Shown in pieces: positions 11,358 to 23,500 of a stretch of 64,000 nt of DNA. A model generated the notes under the pieces. The model was not told the DNA's origin. It made no database searches and was given only the letters and a program-made list of their open reading frames with translations. The position numbers and the translations under genes are program-made. The stretch is taken from positions 6,092,422 to 6,156,421 of the forward strand of contig NC_092678.1 in the NCBI RefSeq assembly GCF_964355755.1, written 5' to 3'. Origin of the DNA: Antedon mediterranea. Lineage: Eukaryota; Animalia; Echinodermata. How positions within the stretch are numbered: the stretch's first letter is position 1; each line of letters opens with the position of its first letter.

Positions 11358-14300
11358 ATGTCTGTTGACAGAGCAGTTGCCTTATACCAGGAAGCATCAA
11401 GGATCCCTGCCATCGTATCTGGCAGTATCTCCTGTCACAGCAAGTCTGCACAAGAGAAAAAGTCTTACACTGTGACATCATGCTGGAGTCAACGTGATCT
11501 TCAGCGAATGGAGAGTATTAAAAGCTTGAGGCAACACCAGATCATCACGGATGCCGAGGGTATAGCAACTAGCTGCATTGGTTTTCCAACCGAGAGTAAA
11601 GGAGAGTAAGTGACCTTTTAATATTTAAAGAGGTCATCAGTTTTCTGCTTCGCAAGAATCATTGTAAATCTTGAATAGTGGTGTAACTCAGAGGCCTGAG
11701 GCACCTGGTTTAGAAAACCCTAAGCCTCTAACACTGGAGGCCTCTAGCATTTTTAGCCTTTTTGACATAAATGCAATTCATTCCTCCCGTCCCACAATTG
11801 TTATGTTTAACATAGATTTATACTTGTATTTCTTATTAAATATCATATTAGATTACTGAGAAGAGTTTCTCCATCTGGTAAACTAACTGCTGTGGTTAGA
11901 AAGCTCACTAACAAGAACGGAGAAGAAAAACAGTATATAGATGTGAGTTTGAGGAAGGAAATTAAAATAGAAATACTATTCCACTGTTCAAATAGCCATC
12001 CCACCTAAGTGGTATAATATTCTACTGTAAAAGATATTTGGACCATAAACTTTCAGATAAACTGACGTTTGGAAATTTCAAATTATAACACATTTCAAAT
12101 TATAACACAAACCTAATCATAGACTTAAGATTAAACTAAACTGATGTTTGGCAATGCCAATTATAACACACCTAAGTCAGTGTATCCTTGCCATCTGATT
12201 GGTTGAATTTACATCACATGCCATGCATTATTTTCTTCTATTTCAAATATTGAAAGACTATTGCATACTCAGTTTTTTTGTAAAAAATTAAAATTGATGT
12301 ACAGCGTGTAGGCCTGAATATTAAACGCAGGGAAATCCCTCTGTAGACTATGCCATGTCTTCTCTCATAGCCAAAATCCTAGCCTTTGGTAGTGGCGGGT
12401 TACTTTAGAACAGTAGGTTTCTTTAAAACAGTAAGAGTCAATCTTGTACAAGTGAAAGTAACTAACTAAAAGTATTCTAATCTACTGATATAAATGATGA
12501 GTAATATTCATTGTGGTTATACACAGGGTGATAATTGCATACCTTTGCTATGAGTACAGATGATACTTCGAAATATCACATCTGTTTACACCTGTTACTT
12601 ATGATCTCCTTATTCAACTTTATTCATTTGTATGCTATTTATGAATTAGGTGTGGAATAGTCAACAGAAGATATTAGCAGTTGATGTCGCAGCTGTGGAG
12701 AAAACTGGAAAGATCTATGAGGACGGTAAGATTCTGATCATTGCGTAGTATCCATCATTCAGGTAGTTGAAGATTTTAAGGTGGTTTAAGATTGCTATCG
12801 AAATACCATCCTATGTGTAGCCCTACACTAAACATCCAAAAGATATGGCAGGGACATAGCCACCAGTATGGTTGGTAAGGTTTCTCATAGAGATCTTTGA
12901 CAACCCAGTGGCTTGAACAGAGATTGTTCCATTTTTTGTGAAAACTTCTACTAATTAATTAATTGAACAAAGTATCAAAGAGTTAATTAATTTAATATGG
13001 ATAAACCTTATTGGATAAGTTACGTGAAGTGGTAAGTAATTAGCTGTTCTCAACGTTTTTAAATATTTTCTTACTTTAATTTTTTTATTTAGAACAATTT
13101 GGCTGTTTGGAATGGTCAGCATCAGAAAAGAAATTGATGTTTGTTGCTGAAAAGAAACAACCAAAGTCATCATCTTACTTTGGTATCAAAAGTAGCAAAG
13201 ATGATGAAGAAAATGATAATGATGGGAAGGTAAAGTAAGACGTAGTGTATTAAACATCTTAAATGGCAAAAACTTATCTAAAAAAGTTGTGAATTTCAGA
13301 AGCTATTAAACAGTGGATGCTCTCATTAATGCATCTAATGAATATTCATGATATGAAATTGGTGCATGCTTTATGGCATAATGGAGATACAGCTCCTCCA
13401 GTAATAACATCTGTGGGTATAGAAGTAGAACCTTTGAAAATGTTCTTTCAAGAAATAAACTGTATCATACTATCACATCTGAAGATTTATCACAAGTTGG
13501 AAGTTCTAAAATCAGGCCATCCACTTCAGTTGACCTAGAGTCGTTAACATATGAAACGCTACTTGGGCATTAATATCCTACAGCAAGTTTATTTATATTG
13601 TGGGCAGTCAACTTGTTTATCTCCGAAAAAGATCCACTTTACATCGTACATTAACATCGTTACAGGTTCAGCTCCTAAATGTCTAAAAAATATAGATTGT
13701 ATAGAGTAACTAATTTTTTTTTACTGTAGGGGAACGAGTACGTTTATCTTGAAGACTGGGGAGAACAGCTAGTATCCAAACACTTGCCAACACTGTGTGT
13801 GCTCGATATCGAGAGCGGTGCTATCAATGTTGTTGAGGGCGTGCCGGACGACATCTCACCTGGCCAGGTAAATAAATGACAATCTCATACCATTTATTTT
13901 TACAGTACATTGTTGTATTTGAAACTTAGTTGTATTGTGTGTTAATACTGAAGTAAAACTAGCTTTATTGTAATCTTTGTTTCATGTTTTTTTCTTTAGG
14001 CTTTGTGGGCTCCAAATGACAGAGATATTGTATTTATTGGATGGGCTAATGACCCATACAGACTTGGACTTCGGTTTTGTCCAATAAGAAGGTACAAACT
14101 TGTTGCCGCTTTTTTTTGCAGTCAAAGTAGTCTGTATCTTGTTTGTATTGACAAAGTTGATGTAGAGAAAGGGAATGTCTAGGAGGGTTCTGGTAGAACC
14201 CTATTAAGGGGACACCTTCGGGATCCAACAAAATGTCCCTTTAATAGGTGTCCTATGAGTAGGGGTTGGCCATAGTGTTAAAACATATTCATTGTCTTCT

Positions 14301-17300
14301 TATTAATAGGGGTGTCCCCTGAATAGAGAAGTCACAAAGGAGAGGTTCGACTCTATTTGTAACACATAAACTCTTTCTTCTTTGATAGTTCCAAGCTTTA
14401 TCATCTGAAGGTGCAAGAAAAAACAGTTGGTTTGTATATTGGTTTACTTTTTTTTAAAACTTAAGCGTGGTTCCCACTAGAATGCAACGCAGTATCGACA
14501 CAAAGTGCCATATTGCGCAATCACAATCAAGTGGAAATCGGCTATGCAACAGTACATGCAAACATTGCTACGGAAAATCAGTTTGGCAAGAAACATAGTA
14601 CATAGCGTGTAGTCAAGTACGCGGAATGAACCGGGTCAAAGTCTGTGGAAACTAACGTTGATGCGCAGCTAAGCATGTAGAGCCAACACAATTATTGGAA
14701 GGGAATTGTCTCGCGTTGCGTAGGTTGTGTTGCGTCGCTAGTGGGAACCATGCTTATTAGAGTATAAACATTAACAACATTTTAATGTATCATAAAGGTA
14801 GTGGTCACCAACTGACAAACATTCAGTTTCATAGTGTTGTGTAAAAGACAAATTGAATACATCAACCCTTCAAGAATCATGGTAGAGAAGTACCACAGGC
14901 TCTGAACGCTTATATATACACATCTTCGTATTTCTTACATTTTCTCCCTCAGAAACTTTGTCTGACGGTAATCAAGCTGTTTCTAACCCTAGATTCAACA
15001 TCGACATGAGCAAACTAATCTACCTCAGGAACTGTGAAGGTGGGCCTCATATGCAGTGCTCACAACTTTTTATGGTATGCGTAATACATCAATTTAGAAC
15101 ATACACACTCTTTTATCCTTGGAAGCCTTTTGAGAATACTATTTGAAATTCTTTTGTCAACCATCATCACAAATAATAATTTAAGTTTATCTAAATTATT
15201 GCCACAAGAATAGGAATACATTTAAAAGTTGAATTTTATTTGTAGTATGATTGGAACACAAAAGAGACAAAAACTGTTGTGAAAATACAAGACAGACCAA
15301 AGAAATCAGGTAATCAACACCATTCACTAATATGGTATCAATGGAAATAGCACATTTTAAACCATGTAATATTGACCCTTGACCTTGAAGATAATGGTTT
15401 ATTGTATTTTCTACTACTGTAGAGTTTCCTGGCTTATACCTCACTACTCTTCCAAGAAGATGTTGGGCATCTGATAACAAGAGAATATACACTCACAGCA
15501 TTTGGAGAAGTTGCAGGGTAAGACGCATTCACATGGTTATCTGTCACATAGTATTCTACAGTACAAGTTATAAAGGAATGGAGACTAAAGCTGCTTTCAC
15601 ACTGAGCCGAATTTACTCAGGTTATATTTTTCGATCACACATACATTTTGTATGGAATCTGGAATGCGTTAGTGTGAATGGTTCTATTCTTAAATACTAT
15701 ACATATGTCACGATTTTTTATATGCCTACTGAACCAGAATAAGAGCTTTGTGGGAACATAACTTTACTAGAATTTAGCCAGGTTTCCCAAAGAACTGTGT
15801 CATTGTACTAGTGGAACAATACATGCACTATAGCAGACACATATTTGGTAGAATTACAGATTGATGGCAGCATCATGGCAAGACAAGGTCAATGGCAACT
15901 AAAATTTTAAGAAATGATGTGCCCAAATATGGTAGTGATAAGCTCAAATATGGTTCATATATGGGAACATCATATTATTAGTAGACAGTTTTTAAAAACC
16001 ACAATATCTTTATTTTTTTGAAGGAAATAGTTGAGATAAATATAGAAACTGAAGTAGTCAGAAAAGTGACCAGTTTTGGTAGCAGTAAGATTGGTACAGA
16101 ATGGTCAAAGTATAGTGCCTGGACAGTGCTAGATGTTTCAGATGACCTTATACTTGCTGCATGTGCCGCACCTAATCTACCACAACGATTGGTTCGTTCT
16201 AAAGATCACTTGTTATTTTTACCTACTACAAAAGCAGTATAGGACCATTACCTACTTCACAAGTTCCTTTGGAATTTCGAGGGCCTAAGAACTATTTAGG
16301 GACTACTATTTGCAATTACCATTTTATCATCACTTTGCGTTGATTACTAGCTGCATTATGGGATTATGTTTCCATATGTAAAAATGTGAAGCGTTTAGAA
16401 TCATTGTACAATAAGTGCTATATAAGAACGAATATTATTATTATTATTATAAAGTGATCCCTTTTGTCTAGGTGGACATAGAAAACACTAACAAATGGTA
16501 AACATGTGAAGTTTCAAATTGCTTATACCCTAGGTTATAGGAAAGCTTTTCCCAGGAGGTGATATCAAATGGAACTATCTAGATGAAGAACATTTAACAC
16601 TTTCGGATTTCAAATTTGAAATTAAGAATTATACTCCTAAAGAAAAAGGTGAGATACAGTATTCAATGATGATTTTACGTGGGTTGTTTTACTGATTATG
16701 TATTTCTGCAATTTTGGAATTGTCCTTTAGTGGTAAATTGATAAGCAATTCAATTCAACAGCACAGAACAGAAAGGAATAGCAAAGGCTTAAGAAGGGCT
16801 ACATCTGATGACAGCGGATGACAGAGCTGAGGTAGTGGTAGTGATAAGCCATTTACCACCCACTCCTCCAAAATTTGGTCGGTTTTTGAGAGAAGAACCA
16901 AATGGCTCAACCTATACAAAAAGTGGTGATATATATTGTGCATTATTAAATGATAATTTAATTAAGTATTTGCCCAACTTATGGTAGTAAAAATATAAAT
17001 ACAAATTTTAAATAATTTTGTAGATAGCTTTGACTTTGAGGCAATTTTATTGACTCCCGAGAATGACACTTCGGAGCGTAAACTGCCATTGATTGCACTC
17101 CCTCACGGTAAGTTTATATATTTCATTACATAACAATAAAAATAATGACAGATTATAATTCATAAATGTCCAGGGCTGAATGCCTTAACCACTAACTAAC
17201 TATTATAAATAGTAAACTAATCTAACCCTGAAAATAAATAGATAAACATACATTGATGTAAAATGTGTTTCCTAATCATTTAATTTGCATACAGGTGGTC

Positions 17301-20062
17301 CACACTCGACTCTTGTAGCAGACTACATGCTGTATCCATCTACCTTTTGTCGCCTTGGGTTTGCAGTTTTATTAAGTAAGTGAAAACCTTATGGTTCTAT
17401 ATTTGGTTGGTCCTACGTTTCCTATACTGAAATATGGTTCCAACTCATCCTAGTATAGCTTTTAAAAGGGTCGTGGTTAAGAATAAAAGATGCATAACAT
17501 GCAGTACTTAATATTAATTTTTTTTAAAGGGCGTGGTTAATGATGAATGACTGATGAATTTTGTTAAAACGTTGTTTTACAGTAAATTATAGAGGGTCAC
17601 TTGGATTTGGGAATGATTTTATCCTGTCACTACCTGGAAATGTTGGATGCAATGATGTCAAAGACTGCAAGGTATTCAAAGAGAATGAAGATATAAACTC
17701 AAATATTTGAGAACTATTTGTGAACTCAATGATCAAAATGATGTTTTTCAAATTTTTTTTTTCAGCAAGCCATTGATCAAACTATACAAGATGGCATTGC
17801 TGATGGGGACAATGTGGTGTTACAGGGAGGTTCACATGGGGGCTTTCTGGTCTGTCATCTCATTGGACAATACCCAGTAAGTTGATGGTAAAATACATAA
17901 ATATCCTGCTTTGTTAAATCACATTAAACATATAATCTCAAACTGAAAAGCACATTATATTAATGTATTGACTCTAATCCTGGACTAACTAGTTCAGAAC
18001 TAATAATGATAGTTCTTTCTAAATACGAGCCTAAATAAAAGGTTGAGTGTGTCTAATTTAGAAATCTTGCTATTTTTAGAATGACTTCAAAGCTTGTGTA
18101 GCCAGAAACCCTGTGACAAACATGGCATGTAAGTATAAACCAAAGAAATTGTGTGATTACAGTGGAACCTCTTTTAAGGGGACACCTTTGGGACCCAACA
18201 AAAAAATAGGGGTTGGCCGTAGTGTTAAAACATATACTGGCCCTTGTTCATTGATTAGAATGTGTCCCTTTAATAGGGATTTCCCCTGAATAGGAGTGTA
18301 TAAAAAAGCAGGGGTTTTACTATATCTTCTTTAGTAAAAAGGCACTAAAATTACTTGTATAGCATCAATTCAAAGAGATGTACTTTTTAAAAAGTATGTA
18401 CATGTTTCAATAATACTAGTGATTAATGAAGACATTCAAACATTATTTTTCTAAATTTTTGTTACAGCAAAGCTGGGAGCTACAGATATACCAGATTGGT
18501 AAGACATTATTTGATCATTTTTTTGGGAGGTGTTTCCGATATTGGTAAAAATCAAAATGGCACATTTGTATTCAAAGTTCTGTAATTAACTTATTAACTC
18601 ACAAACTGCATTTTATTTAATGAGGGTGATCCATCCAGCTATTGCTGATCATTAGGGACCCTCAGAGGTTCACAAGACAAACATATACACAAGATGCTCT
18701 ACGTAAACAAAGTCTTATTACAAGTCTTTGGGAGTGGAGTAATTTGGTCCTTAGAAAAAATCCTGACATGTGACGGGACTTGAACCCAGGACCCTTGGAG
18801 TGGTAGCCAAGCATCATAACCACCAAGCCACAACTCCACCTTGATCTTGGACATCTAAAGCAATGCTTGTGTGTCCCTCTTGTATATTCTTTTACATGTT
18901 CTATCATTTATCTATAATTTAATAGGGGCTATACTGAAAGTGGACTTTCCTTCTCTCATTCCCGATTGCCATCATCTGAAGTCTATGCTGCTATGTTTGA
19001 AAAATCACCATTATTCCATGTTGATAAGGTAAATATAAAATATACCAAATTACTATACTATCTGTATACAACCCTACATTTGGGACACCCTTGTTTTGGG
19101 AAACCCTTTTTAAAAGTAGACACTATCCTTTGAGATGAAGAAAGGGCAATATTATATGTTTTAACACTATGGCCAACTCCCATTCAAGGGTTCCAAAGGT
19201 GTCCCATGTACTGTATACCTTTATTAAACTGCAAGTGAAAATATGAAGATTCGATTATTTTTTAATGCTGTGTTTAGCTTGGAAGTTTTAAAGGTATATG
19301 TATAGACAATATATGACAATAATTATTAACAACTTAAACAACAATTTAAAAGAATAAGTTTAAAAGCAACAAAGCCATATATATGGCTAAAGTCGCGTGC
19401 TCAAATTTGAGTTAGTGTTTACCGACCGACCGACCAACCAACCAACCGACCGACACAGTGAGTTGTAGAGTCGCATGCAAACTAAAAACATACTTTAAGT
19501 TTACCAAACTAAATTTATAATGTTTTTTCTACTGTAACTACACACAGGTGAAGACACCAACAATGATCATGATTGGTAATGCTGACAAAAGGGTTCCTCC
19601 TCAACAAGGTTATGAATATGCTAAAGCCCTAAAGGCAAGAGAGGTTGAAGTAAGGTAAGAGTCTGTCTTTATGTCCCTAGTATGAGTCCCCACAGACCAT
19701 CATACAGTATATAATATATATTAGTGAATATATTAGATTTTCCACACTGTGCATGAAAATTGCAAATGCTAGAGCAGTAGCCTTAAAAAATGAAGTTTGC
19801 TCCTAAATGGAAGAAGAAGAGTATGATATATAAAAGTTATGTACAGACGTCCACACATTGCTTAATACAAGGTGCGTCAAACCACCAAATTTGCCAGAAG
19901 CGCAAAGCACTGATCATGTTAAATACTGCTATTCTATTTTATGTTTTGTATTGTCTTTTTAGAGTGCTAACATATCCAGATGACAACCATTCTCTTGCTA
20001 AGACCAATTATGAGGCAGATGCATTCATTAACATGTTTAAGTGGTTTGTGGATCACTTGTAA
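11358..20062 (+). CDS. APEH: Acylamino-acid-releasing enzyme (acylpeptide hydrolase, peptidase S9C)
   Basis: Exons 11358-11605, 11852-11942, 12650-12725, 13093-13229, 13730-13867, 14000-14091, 14389-14429, 14953-15074, 15246-15308, 15423-15517, 16024-16191, 16534-16648, 17024-17107, 17295-17375, 17583-17671, 17766-17876, 18080-18128, 18468-18498, 18926-19028, 19548-19654, 19963-20062. Motifs: [23 protein letters not shown], catalytic GGSHGG, RNPV, TDIPDW, DKRVP (Asp), DNH (His). The true start codon is uncertain. Confidence 0.95.
14192..14356. mobile_element. Short MITE family with CAGTRGAACC(T)...AGGTTCYACTG ends (Tc1/mariner-pogo-like); representative copy
   Basis: Internal ggggacacc / gtgtcccct(t/g)aatag motifs. 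Further degenerate copies at about 18158-18322, 19060-19215, 24240-24320, 24745-24847, 35533-35707, 36865-37000, 41255-41390, 51735-51955, 55438-55610, 60178-60315. Confidence 0.7.
14464..14754. mobile_element. MITE with TIR AGCGTGGTTCCCACTAG (PIF/Harbinger-like)
   Basis: tta|agcgtggttcccactag ... ctagtgggaaccatgct|tat. Confidence 0.75.
16245..16450 (+). mobile_element. 3' end of a SINE or L2-clade LINE
   Basis: gtgaagcgtttagaatcattgtacaataagtgctatataagaacg followed by a (TAT)n tail, resembling L2-type 3' stem-loop tails. Confidence 0.55.
18610..18840 (-). mobile_element. tRNA-derived SINE
   Basis: Minus-strand head GGTGGAGTTGTGGCTTGGTGG (A box) ... GGGTTCAAGTCC (B box), then ~150 bp of body and an A-rich end. 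Confidence 0.7.
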
Positions 20063-20549
20063 GACATTTGTAGCACAAATACTGCATGCAAGAAATGCAT
20101 GATTTTAGGAACATATTGGATAAGACTAGAAAGTCACATTAGGTAAAACAAAATCAGGTATTAAGTATTTTGAAGGTATGGCGATCTCCTAAAACTAGAC
20201 CAAAAATCTCCGTGTTATGTTTAAAAAAATAGTTTGAGTTATTTAAGTTACACAAGTCCAAACAGACTGGCTAGGCTAATTAAAATGATGAACTTTTCAA
20301 ACAAAAGGCAGTTCACTGCTTGATGTATGTATGTTTTTCTTTCTGTTTTGTTTACAAATAAAATCATTCAAAGAAGAAATAATTGTCTTAGATATATTTT
20401 TATTCCTGTTATATCAATAAATACTCTTTATATTGCACATAGGTTCTAATGTATAAAGTATTTTGCATAAATTTCACAAATATTAAAAGTTTTCAAAAGC
20501 AGATTTTCAAAATAGAAATTATTTAAAGTATAAAACATGATCTTTCAAA

Positions 20550-23500
20550 TTATGGCAAAAGGCTATCAATGCTTTCATTCTTCATAAGTGCCTTCTCTAG
20601 TTCAACCAATTTCTTTACTCCGTCCACTACCATTTGCATCTGCTGAACCTCAGAAGTTCCCAAACGATCATTATTTGAAATATCAAAAGTTCCATCTGTT
20701 GATGCTGTGTCAACGCCTCCTGTTCCTCTCTTTTGTAATCGTAATTTAGTAAGAATGTCATTAAACTTTTCTTGTTTGCTAAGCAGTGGTAGTTTCACGT
20801 GCACGCCAGCTCTCATTCCCGTTCCAAGATTAGACGGACAGGTCAAAACGTAGCCAAGGTGTTCGTTCCACATGAATGTGTAACCCTTCTTTTTGATACT
20901 GTTCTCAACTTTGTTCAGACCATTGCAAAACCTCGTAAAGACTCTCTTCATGTTTCCACCTTTCTCCATAGAGATTACTCTAGAATGGTCCTCTTCGTTG
21001 ATCCAAACAAGGAAGTTCTTTTCGGTGTTGTGCCAGATTCCACGTGCCTGTGGCCAATCACGTGCCATGTTTGCAGATGTCAGAAGTGGTGAGACTGGTT
21101 TATCAAAGAGGAAATGATCATCAATAAGCAGTTGTTGTTCGGCTTCTGTCATCCCAGAAAGAGGATAATATTTACCCTTGAATGGCTTTGGAAGTCCACC
21201 AAGAGCATCCACTAAGATCTTCTCAACTTCTGCTCTTTCAGAACGAGTACAGTGTGGTGGCAGACCTAACCCTCTAATGCTACGACCAGTTCGTACACGG
21301 CATGACAACACAAAATCTGGATCTAAATCGTCGCCCCCAACCAGGTGATCAGGATTGAGATCTGTGGTATGTTTAGCATCTCGTCCATAGCCACCATGTC
21401 GTAGGCTTATTACCGGTTCAAACATATCGGCAAACAGGCTGTAGCACTCCTCATCACCAGCAACCAAACCCACTGTCATAATGAAAGGATGTCCTGGGTT
21501 GTCCACACCAGTCTGCATGCAATCGTCTAATGTAAATCCAGATTTTGTCTTCAGTTTCCAAAGTTTATCATACATTTCTCGTGTCAGAACCTTTGACATG
21601 TAGTTATTGTGCTGTGACAGATCTGGGTAGTTGTCATTCATCAACTTGACCGGTGGTCTTGGTTTGATGCTCTCTGGTAACAAATCATCAATGGATTTCC
21701 TACCTTCCAGCGCCTTCTCCATTTTGATCAACAGCTCAACTCCATCTATTAACATCTGAACTTGCTCAACTTCTGATGAGCCCAATCTGTCAGAGTTTGA
21801 TATATCAAATGTTCCGTCAGTAGAAGCTGTGTCCACTCCACCAGTTCCTCTTTTCTGTAAACGCATAGCTTTCAAGATCTTATCAAATCGCTCATCCTTA
21901 CTTAGCAGGGGAACCTTGACATGCACACCAGCACGAAGCCCAGTACCAAGATTTGAGGGACAGGTAAGTACAAATCCGAGATGTTCATTCCACATAAAAG
22001 AATGACCAGCCTTCTTGATGTTCTCTTCAACTTTACCTAAGCCTTCGCAAAACCTCTTGAACACACGTTTCATGTTCCCGCTTCTTTCCATAGAAATCAT
22101 ACGCGAGTGATCTTCCTCGTTCACCCACACCAGGAAATTCTTATCCTCATTGTGCCAAATTCCACGAGCCTGTGGCCAGTCACGATCCATTTTAGCAGCT
22201 GTCAGCAAAGGGGACACAGGTTTGTCAAAAAGGAAATGATCATCAATCAGCTTCTGTTGTGTCTCATCAGACATGCCCTCAAGAGGATAGTAAGATCCTT
22301 TGTAATCACCATCTAGTTTGGCAAGAGCATCAGCAAGAATGGTTTCCACAGCCTTGCGTTCTTCGCAATTACAATGCGTTGGCAGGGTGTAACCACGAAT
22401 GCTTCGTCCGGTACGAACGCGACAAGACAATACATACTTTTCATCCAGCTGTTCACCACCTCGCAAGTTATCAGGATTCAGATCGGTCTTGTGCTTTGCA
22501 TCTTTGCTGTATCCACTGTGACGTGCAGCAATAACAGGGTCAAACAGGTCAGCAAACAGATCGTAGGATTCTTCATCACCAGCAACCATTCCAACTGTCA
22601 TGATGTGTGGATGACCAGGATTCATTACACCAGTATTAATACAATCAGCAAGAGTGTATCCAGCAGCTGTCTTTTTGTCTTTCAACTTGATCCAAATCTC
22701 TGGTGTCAGGCAGTGTGCCATGTGATTGTTATGTTTTGATAGGTCTGGGAAGTCTTTAAGAGCTTTAGCATCATGCCCTGGCATCAGCGAACTGATACTT
22801 TCTCCCTTTTCCAATGCTTTCTCCATTGCCACCAGTGTCTTAACACCATCAATTACAGCTTGAACCTGCTGCACTTCGGATGATCCAAGGCGATCAGAAT
22901 TAGAGATGTCGAAGGTACCATCAGTTGATGCTGTGTCAACACCCCCAGTGCCTCTCTTCTGCAACTTCATTGTGTTTAATATGCTATCAAATTTGCTGTT
23001 TTTACTCAGTTTTGGTAGTTTTACATGAACTCCAGCCCGAACACCAGTGCCAAGATTTGATGGGCAAGTTAGGACATAACCGAGATGTTCATTCCAGCTA
23101 AACTCATATCCGTTCTTTTTCATAGCCTCTTCAACCTTATTAAGTCCATTGCAGAAACGAGTAAAAACTGCTCGCATATTGCCGCTACTTTCCATTGAAA
23201 TCACACGTGTGTGGTCCTCTTCGTTGATCCAGACAAGGAAGTTCTTGTCTTCATTGTGCCAGATACCTCTTGCGTCTGGCCAATCTCTTGCCATACGTGC
23301 AGATGTCAGCAGTGGAGAGACTGGTTTATCAAATAGGAAGTGATCATCAATGAGTGCCTGTTGCTCCTGGTCAGTCATTCCGTTCAGTGGAAAGTACTTG
23401 CCTTTTAGTGGACCATCGAGTGTTGCAAGGGCTTCGATGACAATCTTTTCAACATCACGACGCTCAGCTCTGTTACAGTGTGGCGGTAGAGCATATCCAC

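Noticed and set aside
12490-12600. C/D-box snoRNA candidates in APEH introns (also about 16805)
   Set aside because: A C-box-like TGATGA is present but I saw no correctly spaced D box, terminal stem or rRNA antisense element.
18770-18840. tRNA gene
   Set aside because: A and B boxes are present but the acceptor stem does not pair well, and the sequence continues into a SINE-like body.
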